Shown here: piece after piece, positions 37,871-51,881 of the stretch
Layout of the letters: each line of letters starts with the position of its first letter
How positions within the stretch are numbered: the first letter of the stretch is position 1
From: Heterodontus francisci
Taxonomy: Eukaryota
Direction: 5' to 3'
DNA: 64,000 bases
Assembly: GCF_036365525.1 (NCBI RefSeq)
Contig: NC_090413.1
Coordinates: 29,554,266 to 29,618,265, forward strand
Notes under the pieces: generated by a model
Told to the model about the DNA's origin: nothing
The model's input: the letters and a program-made list of their open reading frames with translations, nothing else
The model's database searches: none
Program-made: the position numbers and the translations under genes

Positions 37871-40800
37871 GGTGACATAGGCTGCGGGTTCTGCAGGTAT
37901 GACATCACGACTGCTGAAATCGACAACCTGAAAAACAAAGAGGTGAAAGGTCAGGGGTGATGGCAGTAAGTGATCACAAACCAAACAGCAGCTTCTCCCT
38001 CGCCCTTCATATTCCCCTGTCCCTCATCCCAAAACAATCTCTTACATTCCTCCCCAAGGCCCCATTACTCCCAGCCCTGCTGTCGGGAGGTCAGTGCCAA
38101 GGGAGCGCCGCACTGCCGAGGGGCAGTCTTTCGAGTGAGACATTAAACCGAGGCCTCATCTTCCCTCTCAGGTGGATGAGAGTGGAAGATTGCATTGGAT
38201 ATATTTGGAGGTTCTTCCTGGTGTCCTGGGGCCGATATTTATCACTCAATCGGCATCATCACAAAACAGATGATCTGGTCATTTATCTCATTGCTGTTTG
38301 TGGGAGCTTCCTGTGCAGACTGTGGCACTTCCTGCGTTACAACACTGCTCTAACCCTGCGTTACAACGCTGCCCTAACCCTGCGTTACAACGCTGCCCTA
38401 ACCCTGCGTTACAACGCTGCCCTAACCCTGCGTTACAACGCTGCCCTAACCCTGCGTTACAACGCTGCCCAATCCCTGCGTTACAACTCGGCCCTATCCC
38501 TGCGTTACAACTCGGCCCTAACCCTGCGTTACAACACTGCCCAATCCCTGCGTTACAACACTGCCCTAACCCTGCGTTACAACTCGGCCCTAACCCTGCG
38601 TTACAACTCGGCCCTAACCCTGCGTTACAACTCGGCCCTAACCCTGCGTTACAACTCGGCCCTAACCCTGCGTTACAACTCGGCCCTAACCCTGCGTTAC
38701 AACTCTGCCCTAACCCTGCGTTACAACTCTGCCCTAACCCTGCGTTACAACTCTGCCCTAACCCTGCGTTACAACTCTGCCCTAACCCTGCGTTACAACA
38801 CTGCCCTAACCCTGCGTTACAACACTGCCCTAACCCTGCGTTACAACTCGGCCCTAACCCTGCGTTACAACACTGCCCAATCCCTGCGTTACAACTCGGC
38901 CCTAACCCTGCGTTACAACACTGCCCAATCCCTGCGTTACAACACTGCCCTATCCCTGCGTTACAACAATGCCCTATCCCTGCGTTACAACAATGCCCTA
39001 TCCCTGCGTTACAACACTGCCCAATCCCTGCGTTACAACACTGCCCAATCCCTGCGTTACAACACTGCCCAATCCCTGCGTTACAACACTGCCCAATCCC
39101 TGCGTTACAACACTGCCCTAACCCTGCGTTACAACTCGGCCCTAACCCTGCGTTACAACTCGCCCCTAACCCTGCGTTACAACTCGCCCCTAACCCTGCG
39201 TTACAACTCGGCCCTAACCCTGCGTTACAACTCGGCCCTAACCCTGCGTTACAACTCTGCCCTAACCCTGCGTTACAACTCTGCCCTAACCCTGCGTTAC
39301 AACTCTGCCCAATCCCTGCGTTACAACTCTGCCCAATCCCTGCGTTACAACTCTGCCCAATCCCTGCGTTACAACTCTGCCCAATCCCTGCGTTACAACT
39401 CTGCCCAATCCCTGCGTTACAACACTGCCCTAACCCTGCGTTACAACTCTGCCCTAACCCTGCGTTACAACTCTGCCCAATCCCTGCGTTACAACACTGC
39501 CCTAACCCTGCGTTACAACTCTGCCCTAACCCTGCGTTACAACTCTGCCCTAACCCTGCGTTACAACTCTGCCCTAACCCTGCGTTACAACTCTGCCCTA
39601 ACCCTGCGTTACAACTCTGCCCTAACCCTGCGTTACAACTCTGCCCTAACCCTGCGTTACAACTCGGCCCTAACCCTGCGTTACAACTCGGCCCTAACCC
39701 TGCGTTACAACTCGGCCCTAACCCTGCGTTACAACTCGGCCCTAACCCTGCGTTACAACTCGGCCCTAACCCTGCGTTACAACTCGGCCCTAACCCTGCG
39801 TTACAACTCGGCCCTAACCCTGCGTTACAACTCGGCCCTAACCCTGCGTTACAACGCTGCCCAATCCCTGCGTTACAACGCTGCCCAATCCCTGCGTTAC
39901 AACGCTGCCCAATCCCTGCGTTACAACGCTGCCCAATCCCTGCGTTACAACGCTGCCCTAACCCTGCGTTACAACGCTGCCCTAACCCTGCGTTACAACG
40001 CTGCCCTAACTCTGCGTTACAACGCTGCCCTAACCCTGCGTTACACCGCTGCCCTAACCCTGCGTTACAACGCTGCCCTAACCCTGCGTTACAAGTCTGC
40101 CCTAACCCTGCGTTACAAGTCTGCCCTAACCCTGCGTTACAAGTCTGCCCTAACCCTGCGTTACAACTCTGCCCTAACCCTGCGTTACAACACTGCCCAT
40201 ACCCTGCGTTACAACACTGCCCTAACCCTGCGTTACAACACTGCCCTAACCCTGCGTTACAACACTGCCCTAACCCTGCGTTACAACACTGCCCTAACCC
40301 TGCGTTACAACACTGCCCTAACCCTGCGTTACAACTCTGCCCTAACCCTGCGTTACAACTCTGCCCTAACCCTGCGTTACAACACTGCCCTAACCCTGCG
40401 TTACAACACTGCCCTAACCCTGCGTTACAACACTGCCCTAACCCTGCGTTACAACACTGCCCTGACCCTGCGTTACAACTCTGCCCTAACCCTGCGTTAC
40501 AACTCTGCCCTAACTCTGAGTTACGACAGTGACTACATTTTAAGAAAAAAGTGCTTTGTGACATGCTGAGATAGAGTCATAGAGAGATACAGCACCAAAA
40601 CAGGCCCTTCGGCCCACTTACATGAAGCTGCTCATCATTTGTTTTGTGTCTTCGGAGCTGCGGGAGTTTGCAAAGCTGATAAAAGAGCAGTAAACAGCAA
40701 TCCAGGCACACCACTTCAACTGGGAGAGACAGGAAGGAGAGAGAGAGCAGTCAGAGCCCAGGCACTGCAAATCCAGCCCCAATCAGACCCCGTCCCCCAA

Positions 40801-43800
40801 CCCCATCAGACACAGCCCCCGAAACACAGGCCCCGCCCCCAGACCCCACCCCGGAACCACTGGCCCCCTCCCCCGAACCACTGGCACCCTCCCCCATCAG
40901 GCCCCAACACCAGATCAAGAAAGGATAAATCAGCATGGGATCCTGCTTTATTCAGAGAGTGTTGTGGGTATCAGGATCAGCCCAGTGACATTCACTGTGA
41001 AGCAGATCAGAGAGAGTGAGCACTCAGCGCCACTACTCAGGAAGAATGAACATGTTCAGGAGCAGAGAGAACAAAGGGTGACGATAGGACAGGAGTACCT
41101 TTAACATCAGGCCACACATACTGAAGATCATCCCCAGCAGGTTCATATAGTCAGGAGTTGGGTCCTCGAGAGTTGGGTTATTATCGCTGGCAGGCGGTTT
41201 GTACCTGGAATAAATTACACAGATTGAGCTCAAACACAAACAGCAAAACCTTCCTTAAATCTGGAATTAAACACTGACAGATCTGTACCCACCAGTACTG
41301 TACCCCATTATTATACAGTGACAGACCTGTACCCATCAGTACTGAACCCCAGAATTATACAGTGACAGACCTGTACCCACTAGTACTGAACCCCAGTATT
41401 ATACAGTGACAGACCTGTACCCATCAGTACTGAACCCCAGTGTTATACAGTGACAGACCTGTACCCATCAGTACTGAACCCCAGAATTATACAGTGACAG
41501 ACCTGTACCCATCAGTACTGAACCCCAGAATTATACAGTGACAGACCTGTACCCACTAGTACTGAACCCCAGTATTATACAGTGACAGACCTGTACCCAC
41601 CAGTACTGAACCCCAGTGTTATACAGTGACAGACCTGTACCCATCAGTACTGAACCCCAGAATTATACAGTGACAGACCAGTACCCATCAGTATTATAAC
41701 AGTGTTATAGAGTGACAGACCTGTCCCCACCAGTACTGAACACCAGAATTATACAGTGACAGACCAGTACCCATCAGTATTATAACACAGTGTTATAGAG
41801 TGACAGACCTGTACCCACTAGTACTGAACCCCAGTATTATACAGTGACAGACCAGTACCCATCAGTATTATAACACAGTGTTATAGAGTGACAGACCTGT
41901 CCCCACCAGTACTGAACACCAGTATTACGCAGTGACAGACCTGTACCCATCAGTACTGAACCCCAATATTATACAGTGACAGACATGAACCCACCAGTAC
42001 TGTACCCCAGGGTTATACAGAAACAGACCCAGTCCCCACCAGTACTGTATCCAGTGTTCTACAGTGACAGACCTGTACCCACCAGTACTGTACACCAGTG
42101 CTATACAGTGACAGACCTGTCCCCACCAGTACTGTACACCAAGTGTTAAACAGTGACAGACCCGACCCCACCAATACTGTACCCCAGTGTTATACAGTGA
42201 CAGACCCGTCCCACCAGTACTGTTCCACAGTGTTATACAGTGACAGACCCGTCCGCCCCAGTACTGTACCCGTGTTATACAGTGACAGACCTGTCGCCAC
42301 CAGTACTGTACACCAGTGTTATACAGTGACAGACCTGTCTCCTCCAGTACTGTACCAGTGTTACAGGGTGACAGAACCGTCCCCACCAGTACAGTACCCC
42401 AGTGTTATACAGTGACAGACCTGTACCCGCCAGTACTGAACGCCAGTGATATTGAGTGACAGACCTGTCCCCACCAGTACTATACCCCAGTGTTATACAG
42501 TGACAGACCTGTACCCGCCAGTACTGAACGCCAGTGATATTGAGTGACAGACCCAGTCCCCACCAGTACTGTACCCGTGTTATACAGTGACAGACCCGTC
42601 CCCACCAGTACTGTATCCCAGTGTTATTGAGTGACAGACCCAGTCCGCACCAGTACTGTAACCCTGTGTTATACAGTGACAGACCTGACCCCACCAGTAC
42701 TGTACCCCAGTGTTATACAGTGACAGACCTGTCCCCACCAGTACTGTACCCCAGTGTTATACAGTGACATACCTGTCCCCACCAGTACTGTACACCAGTG
42801 TTATACAGTGACAGACCTGTCCCCACCAGTACTGTACACCAGTGTTATACAGTGACAGACCTGTACCCACCAGTATTGTACCCCAGTGTTATACAGTGAC
42901 AGACCCGTCCCCACCAGTACTGTACACCAGTGTTATACAGTGACAGACCTGTACCCACCAGTATTGTACCCCAGTGTTATACACTGACAGACCTGTCCCC
43001 ACCAGTACTGTACCTCAGTGTTATACAGTGACAGACCCGTCCCCACCAGTACTGTACCCCAGTGTTATACAGTGACAGACCTGTCCCCACCAGTACTGTA
43101 CCCCAGTGTTACACAGTGACAGACCCGTCCCCACCAGTACTGTACCCCAGTGTTATACAGTGACATACCTGTCCCCACCAGTACTGTACACCAGTGTTAT
43201 ACAGTGACAGACCTGTCCCCACCAGTATTGTACCCCAGTGTTATACAGTGACAGACCTGTCCCCACCAGTACTGTACACCAGTGTTATACAGTGACAGAC
43301 CCGTCCCCACCAGTATTGTACCCCAGTGTTATACAGTGACAGACCTGTCCCCACCAGTATTGTACCCCAGTGTTATACAGTGACAGACCTGTCCCCACCA
43401 GTACTGTACCCCAGTGTTATACAGTGACATACCTGTCCCCACCAGTACTGTACACCAGTGTTATACAGTGACAGACCTGTCCCCACCAGTACTGTACCCC
43501 AGTGTTATACAGTGACATACCTGTCCCCACCAGTACTGTACACCAGTGTTATACAGTGACAGACCCGTCCCCACCAGTATTGTACCCGTGTTATACAGTG
43601 ACAGACCTGTCCCCACCAGTATTGTACCCCAGTGTTATACAGTGACATACCTGTCCCCACCAGTACTGTACCCCAGTGTTATACAGTGACATACCTGTCC
43701 CCACCAGTACTGTACACCAGTGTTATACAGTGACAGACCCGTCCCCACCAGTATTGTACCCCAGTGTTATACAGTGACATACCTGTCCCCACCAGTACTG

Positions 43801-46800
43801 TACACCAGTGTTATACAGTGACAGACCTGTCCCCACCAGTATTGTACCCCAGTGTTATACAGTGACACACCTGTCCCCACCAGTACTGTACAGCAGTGTT
43901 ATACACTGACAGACCCGTCCCCACCAGTATTGTACCCCAGTGTTATACAGTGACAGACCTGTCCCCACCAGTATTGTACCCCAGTGTTATACAGTGACAG
44001 ACCTGTCCCCACCAGTACTGTACCCCAGTGTTATACAGTGACAGACCTGTCCCCACCAGTATTGTACCCCAGTGTTATACAGTGACAGACCTGTCCCCAC
44101 CAGTACTGTACCCCAGTGTTATACAGTGACATACCTGTCCCCACCAGTACTGTGCACCAGTGTTATGCAGTGACATACCTGTCCCCACCAGTACTGTACC
44201 CCAGTGTTATACAGTGACATACCTGTCCCCACCAGTACTGTACACCAGTGTTATAGTGACAGACCTGTCCCCACCAGTACTGTACCCCAGTGTTATACAG
44301 TGACATACCTGTCCCCACCAGTACTGTACCCCAGTGTTATACAGTGACATACCTGTCCCCACCAGTACTGTACACCAGTGTTATACAGTGACAGACCTGT
44401 CCCCACCAGTACTGTACACCAGTGTTATACAGTGACAGACCTGTCCCCACCAGTACTGTACACCAGTGTTATACAGTGACAGACCTGTACCCACCAGTAT
44501 TGTACCCCAGTGTTATACAGTGACAGACCCGTCCCCACCAGTACTGTACACCAGTGTTATACAGTGACAGACCTGTACCCACCAGTATTGTACCCCAGTG
44601 TTATACACTGACAGACCTGTCCCCACCAGTACTGTACCCCAGTGTTATACAGTGACAGACCCGTCCCCACCAGTATTGTACCCCAGTGTTATACAGTGAC
44701 AGACCTGTCCCCACCAGTACTGTACACCAGTGTTATACAGTGACAGACCCGTCCCCACCAGTACTGTACACCAGTGTTATACAGTGACAGACCTGTACCC
44801 ACCAGTATTGTACACCAGTGTTATACAGTGACAGACCTGTACCCACCAGTATTGTACACCAGTGTTATACAGTGACAGACCTGTCCCCACCAGTACTGTA
44901 CACCAGTGTTATACAGTGACAGACCTGTACCCACCAGTATTGTACCCCAGTGTTATACACTGACAGACCTGTCCCCACCAGTACTGTACCCCAGTGTTAT
45001 ACAGTGACAGACCCGTCCCCACCAGTATTGTACCCCAGTGTTATACAGTGACAGACCTGTCCCCACCAGTACTGTACACCAGTGTTATACAGTGACAGAC
45101 CCGTCCCCACCAGTATTGTACCCCAGTGTTATACAGTGACAGACCTGTCCCCACCAGTATTGTACCCCAGTGTTATACAGTGACAGACCTGTCCCCACCA
45201 GTACTGTACACCAGTGTTATACAGTGACAGACCCGTCCCCACCAGTATTGTACCCCAGTGTTATACAGTGACAGACCTGTCCCCACCAGTATTGTACCCC
45301 AGTGTTATACAGTGACAGACCTGTCCCCACCAGTACTCTACCCCAGTGTTATACAGTGACATACCTGTCCCCACCAGTACTGTACACCAGTGTTATACAG
45401 TGACAGACCTGTCCCCACCAGTACTGTACCCCAGTGTTATACAGTGACATACCTGTCCCCACCAGTACTGTACAGCAGTGTTATACAGTGACAGACCTGT
45501 CCCCACCAGTACTGTACCCCAGTGTTATACAGTGACAGACCTGTCCCCACCAGTATTGTACCCCAGTGTTATACAGTGACAGACCTGTCCCCACCAGTAC
45601 TGTACCCCAGTGTTATACAGTGACATACCTGTCCCCACCAGTACTGTACACCAGTGTTATACAGTGACATACCTGTCCCCACCAGTACTGTACCCCAGTG
45701 TTATACAGTGACATACCTGTCCCCACCAGTACTGTACCCCAGTGTTATACAGTGACATACCTGTCCCCACCAGTACTGTACACCAGTGTTATACAGTGAC
45801 AGACCTGTCCCCACCAGTATTGTACCCCAGTGTTATACAGTGACAGACCTGTTCCCACCAGTACTGTACCCCAGTGTTATACAGTGACATACCTGTCCCC
45901 ACCAGTACTGTACACCAGTGTTATACAGTGACATACCTGTCCCCACCAGTACTGTACCCCAGTGTTATACAGTGACATACCTGTCCCCACCAGTACTGTA
46001 CACCAGTGTTATACAGTGACATACCTGTCCCCACCAGTACTGTACCCCAGTGTTATACAGTGACATACCTGTCCCCACCAGTACTGTACCCCAGTGTTAT
46101 ACAGTGACATACCTGTCCCCACCAGAACTGTACACCAGTGTTATACAGTGACACACCTGTCCCCACCAGTACTGTACCCCAGTGTTACACAGTGACAGAC
46201 CCGTCCCCACCAGTACTGTACCCCAGTGTTATACAGTGACATACCTGTCCCCACCAGTACTGTACACCAGTGTTATACAGTGACAGACCTGTCCCCACCA
46301 GTATTGTACCCCAGTGTTATACAGTGACACACCTGTCCCCACCAGTACTGTACAGCAGTGTTATACACTGACAGACCCGTCCCCACCAGTATTGTACCCC
46401 AGTGTTATACAGTGACAGACCTGTCCCCACCAGTATTGTACCCCAGTGTTATACAGTGACAGACCTGTCCCCACCAGTACTGTACCCCAGTGTTATACAG
46501 TGACATACCTGTCCCCACCAGTACTGTGCACCAGTGTTATACAGTGACATACCTGTCCCCACCAGTACTGTACCCCAGTGTTATACAGTGACATACCTGT
46601 CCCCACCAGTACTGTACACCAGTGTTATACAGTGACAGACCTGTCCCCACCAGTACTGTACCCCAGTGTTATACAGTGACATACCTGTCCCCACCAGTAC
46701 TGTACCCCAGTGTTATACAGTGACATACCTGTCCCCACCAGTACTGTACACCAGTGTTATACAGTGACAGACCTGTCCCCACCAGTACTGTACACCAGTG

Positions 46801-49800
46801 TTATACAGTGACAGACCTGTACCCACCAGTATTGTACCCCAGTGTTATACAGTGACAGACCCGTCCCCACCAGTACTGTACACCAGTGTTATACAGTGAC
46901 AGACCTGTACCCACCAGTATTGTACCCCAGTGTTATACACTGACAGACCTGTCCCCACCAGTCCTGTACCCCAGTGTTATACAGTGACAGACCCGTCCCC
47001 ACCAGTATTGTACCCCAGTGTTATACAGTGACAGACCTGTCCCCACCAGTACTGTACACCAGTGTTATACAGTGACAGACCCGTCCCCACCAGTACTGTA
47101 CACCAGTGTTATACAGTGACAGACCTGTACCCACCAGTATTGTACACCAGTGTTATACAGTGACAGACCTGTACCCACCAGTATTGTACACCAGTGTTAT
47201 ACAGTGACAGACCTGTCCCCACCAGTACTGTACACCAGTGTTATACAGTGACAGACCTGTACCCACCAGTATTGTACCCCAGTGTTATACATTGACAGAC
47301 CTGTCCCCACCAGTACTGTACCCCAGTGTTATACAGTGACAGACCCGTCCCCACCAGTATTGTACCCCAGTGTTATACAGTGACAGACCTGTCCCCACCA
47401 GTACTGTCCACCAGTGTTATACAGTGACAGACCCGTCCCCACCAGTATTGTACCCCAGTGTTATACAGTGACAGACCTGTCCCCACCAGTATTGTACCCC
47501 AGTGTTATACAGTGACAGACCTGTCCCCACCAGTACTGTACCCCAGTGTTATACAGTGACATACCTGTCCCCACCAGTACTGTACACCAGTGTTATACAG
47601 TGACAGACCTGTCCCCACCAGTACTGTACCCCAGTGTTATACAGTGACATACCTGTCCCCACCAGTACTGTACACCAGTGTTATACAGTGACAGACCTGT
47701 CCCCACCAGTACTGTACCCCAGTGTTATACAGTGACAGACCTGTCCCCACCAGTATTGTACCCCAGTGTTATACAGTGACAGACCTGTCCCCACCAGTAC
47801 TGTACCCCAGTGTTATACAGTGACATACCTGTCCCCACCAGTACTGTACACCAGTGTTATACAGTGACAGACCTGTCCCCACCAGTACTGTACACCAGTG
47901 TTATACAGTGACAGACCCGTCCCCACCAGTATTGTACCCCAGTGTTATACAGTGACAGACCTGTCCCCACCAGTATTGTACCCCAGTGTTATACAGTGAC
48001 AGACCTGTCCCCACCAGTACTGTACCCCAGTGTTATACAGTGACATACCTGTCCCCACCAGTACTGTACACCAGTGTTATACAGTGACAGACCTGTCCCC
48101 ACCAGTACTGTACACCAGTGTTATACAGTGACAGACCTGTCCCCACCAGTATTGTACCCCAGTGTTATACAGTGACACACCTGTCCCCACCAGTACTGTA
48201 CAGCAGTGTTATACACTGACAAACCCGTCCCCACCAGTATTGTACCCCAGTGTTATACAGTGACATACCTGTCCCCACCAGTACTGTACACCAGTGTTCT
48301 CCAGTGACAGACCCGTCCCCACCAGTATTGTACCCCAGTGTTATACAGTGACAGACCTGTCCCCACCAGTATTGTACCCCAGTGTTATACAGTGACATAC
48401 CTGTCCCCACCAGTACTGTACACCAGTGTTATACAGTGACATACCTGTCCCCACCAGTACTGTACCCCAGTGTTATAGTGACATACCTGTCCCCACCAGT
48501 ACTGTACACCAGTGTTATACAGTGACAGACCCGTCCCCACCAGTACTGTACACCAGTGTTATACAGTGACAGACCTGTCCCCACCAGTACTGTACCCCAG
48601 TGTTATACAGTGACATACCTGTCCCCACCAGTACTGTACACCAGTGTTATACAGTGACAGACCCGTCCCCACCAGTACTGTACCCCAGTGTTATACAGTG
48701 ACAGACCTGTCCCCACCAGTACTGTACCCCAGTGTTATACAGTGACATACCTGTCCCCACCAGTACTGTACACCAGTGTTATACAGTGACATACCTGTCC
48801 CCACCAGTATTGTACCCCAGTGTTATACAGTGACAGACCTGTCCCCACCAGTACTGTACCCCAGTGTTATACAGTGACAGACCCGTCCCCACCAGTACTG
48901 TACCCCAGTGTTATACAGTGACAGACTTGTCCCCACCAGTATTGTACCCCAGTGTTATACAGTGACATACCTGTCCCCACCAGTACTATACCCCAGTGTT
49001 ATACAGTGACAGACCTGTCCCCACCAGTACTGTACCCCAGTGTTATGCAGTGACAGACCCGTCCCCACCAGTATTGTACCCCAGTGTTATACAGTGACAG
49101 ACCTGTCCCCACCAGTATTGTACATCAGTGTTATACAGTGACAGACCTGTACCCACCAGTATCGTACACCAGTGTTATACAGTGACAGACCTGTCCCCAC
49201 CAGTATTGTACCCCAGTGTTATACAGTGACATACCTGTCCCCACCAGTACTGTACACCAGTGTTATACAGTGACATACCTGTCCCCACCAGTACTGTACA
49301 CCAGTGTTATACAGTGACAGACCCGTCCCCACCAGTACTGTACACCAGTGTTATACAGTGACAGACCTGTCCCCACCAGTACTGTACCCCAGTGTTATAC
49401 AGTGACATACCTGTCCCCACCAGTACTGTACACCAGTGTTATACAGTGACAGACCCGTCCCCACCAGTACTGTACCCCAGTGTTATACAGTGACAGACCT
49501 GTCCCCACCAGTACTGTACCCCAGTGTTATACAGTGACAGACCCGTCCTCACCAGTACTGTACCCCAGTGTTATACAGTGACATACCTGTCCCCACCAGT
49601 ATTGTACCCCAGTGTTATACAGTGACAGACCTGTCCCCACCAGTATTGTACCCCAGTGTTATACAGTGACAGACCCGTCCCCACCAGTACTGTACCCCAG
49701 TGTTATACAGTGACATACCTGTCCCCACCAGTACTGTACACCAGTGTTATACAGTGACAGACCCGTCCCCACCAGTACTGTACACCAGTGTTATACAGTG

Positions 49801-51822
49801 ACAGACCTGTCCCCACCAGTATTGTACCCCAGTGTTATACAGTGACAGACCTGTCCCCACCAGTACTGTACCCCAGTGTTATACAGTGACAGACCCGTCC
49901 CCACCAGTACTGTACCCCAGTGTTATACAGTGACAGACCCGTCCCCACCAGTACTGTACCCCAGTGTTATACAGTGACATACCTGTCCCCACCAGTACTG
50001 TACACCAGTGTTATACAGTGACAGACCCGTCCCCACCAGTACTGTACACCAGTGTTATACAGTGACAGACCTGTCCCCACCAGTATTGTACCCCAGTGTT
50101 ATACAGTGACAGACCCGTCCCCACCAGTACTGTACCCCAGTGTTATACAGTGACATACCTGTCCCCACCAGTACTGTACACCAGTGTTATACAGTGACAG
50201 ACCCGTCCCCACCAGTACTGTACCCCAGTGTTATACAGTGACAGACCTGTCCCCACCAGTACTGTACACCAGTGTTATACAGTGACAGACCTGTCCCCAC
50301 CAGTATTGTACCCCAGTGTTATACAGTGACAGACCTGTCCCCACCAGTACTGTACACCAGTGTTATACAGTGACAGACCTGTCCCCACCAGTACTGTACC
50401 CCAGTGTTATAGTGACAGACCTGTCCCCACCAGTACTGTACCCCAGTGTTATACAGTGACAGACCTGTCCCCACCAGCACTGTACCCCAGTGTTATACAG
50501 TGACAGACCTGTCCCCACCAGTACTGTACTCCAGTGTTATACAGTGACAGACCCGTCCCCACCAGTACTATACCTCAGTGTTATACAGTGACAGACCTGT
50601 CCCCACCAGTACTGTACACCAGTGTTATACAGTGACAGACCTGTCCCCACCAGTACTGTACCCCAGTGTTATACAGTGACAGACCTGTACCCACCAGTAC
50701 TGTACACCAGTGTTATACAGTGACAGACCTGTCCCCACCAGTACTGTACACCAGTGTTATACAGTGACAGACCTGTCCCCACCAGTATTGTACCCCAGTG
50801 TTATACAGTGACAGACCTGTCCCCACCAGTATTGTACACCAGTGTTATACAGTGACAGACCTGTCCCCACCAGTATTGTACCCCAGTGTTATACAGTGAC
50901 AGACCCGTCCCCACCAGTACTGTACCCCAGTGTTATACAGTGACAGACCCGTCCCCACCAGTACTGTACACCAGTGTTATACAGTGACAGACCCGTCCCC
51001 ACCAGTATTGTACCCCAGTGTTATACAGTGACATACCTGTACCCACCAGTACTGTACACCAGTGTTATACAGTGACAGACCTGTCCCCACCAGTACTGTA
51101 CACCAGTGTTATACAGTGACATACCTGTCCCCACCAGTACTGTACACCAGTGTTATACAGTGACAGACCTGTCCCCACCAGTACTGTACACTAGTGTTAT
51201 ACAGTGACAGACCTGTCCCCACCAGTATTGTACACCAGTGTTATACAGTGACAGACCTGTCCCCACCAGTACTGTACACCAGTGTTATACAGTGACAGAC
51301 CTGTCCCCACCAGTACTGTACACTAGTGTTATACAGTGACAGACCTGTCCCCACCAGTATTGTACACCAGTGTTATACAGTGACATACCTGTACCCACCA
51401 GTACTGTACACCAGTGTTATACAGTGACAGACCTGTCCCCACCAGTACTGTACCCCAGTGTTATACAGTGACAGACCTGTCCCCACCAGTATTGTACACC
51501 AGTGTTATACAGTGACAGACCTGTCCCCACCAGTACTGTACACTAGTGTTATACAGTGACAGACCTGTCCCCACCAGTATTGTACACCAGTGTTATACAG
51601 TGACAGACCTGTCCCCACCAGTACTGTACACTAGTGTTATACAGTGACAGACCTGTCCCCACCAGTATTGTACACCAGTGTTATACAGTGACAGACTCTG
51701 TTCCCCACAGTTAATGTACCCCAGTGTTATACAGTGACAGACTCTGTTCCCCACAGTTAATGAACCCAATTCCAGTCTGGGCCTCACCGCAGGATTTTGT
51801 TCGGCCTTCGCTGATCCGCCAT
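37861..51822 (-). CDS. WDR83OS: PAT complex subunit Asterix (WDR83 opposite strand), 101 aa; exons 51822-51788, 41204-41099, 40719-40622, 37927-37861
   Basis: Spliced translation [105 protein letters not shown] introns; 306 nt in frame. Candidate AATAAA at 37419-37424 (-). Confidence 0.96.
38079..40570 (+). mobile_element. Deu-domain SINE split by the 24-bp minisatellite
   Basis: 38079-38340 has GCAGTCTTTCGAGTGAGACATTAAACCGAGGCC...ATTGCTGTTTGTGGGAGCTT...TTCCTGCGTTACAAC. It resumes at ~40520 with TTACGACAGTGACTACATTT...GTGCTTTGTGACATGCTGAG. Confidence 0.7.
38332..40520. repeat. 24-bp minisatellite (ACCCTGCGTTACAACTCTGCCCTA, ~90 copies) in WDR83OS intron 3
   Basis: Period is visible directly and as 8-aa repeats in the ORF track. 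Variant units occur in homogeneous blocks. Confidence 0.97.
41275..51765. repeat. 44-bp satellite (CCAGTGTTATACAGTGACAGACCTGTCCCCACCAGTACTGTACC, ~235-240 copies) filling WDR83OS intron 1
   Basis: Direct periodicity. Internal palindromes CAGTACTG and GACAG-AC-CTGTC. Units are more diverged at both ends. Confidence 0.97.
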
Positions 51823-51881
51823 GTTGCTCTTGACCCCTGGATGAGCTTGAACCGGAAGCGAATTTGTGTCGGGCCAGTGTG
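51823..51881. promoter_or_regulatory. Bidirectional promoter/5' UTR region of WDR83OS and WDR83
   Basis: 59 bp between divergent ATGs. ETS/GABP-like ACCGGAAGCG at 51851-51860. YY1-like CCGCCATGTT over the WDR83OS ATG. CpG-rich. Confidence 0.7.

Noticed and set aside
38332-40520. Interstitial telomeric repeat
   Set aside because: Only one CCCTAA per 24-bp unit, no tandem hexamer array.
37957-40569. 870/758/744-aa repetitive ORFs ([21 protein letters not shown])
   Set aside because: By-products of a stop-free 24-bp minisatellite inside an intron, open in several frames on both strands.
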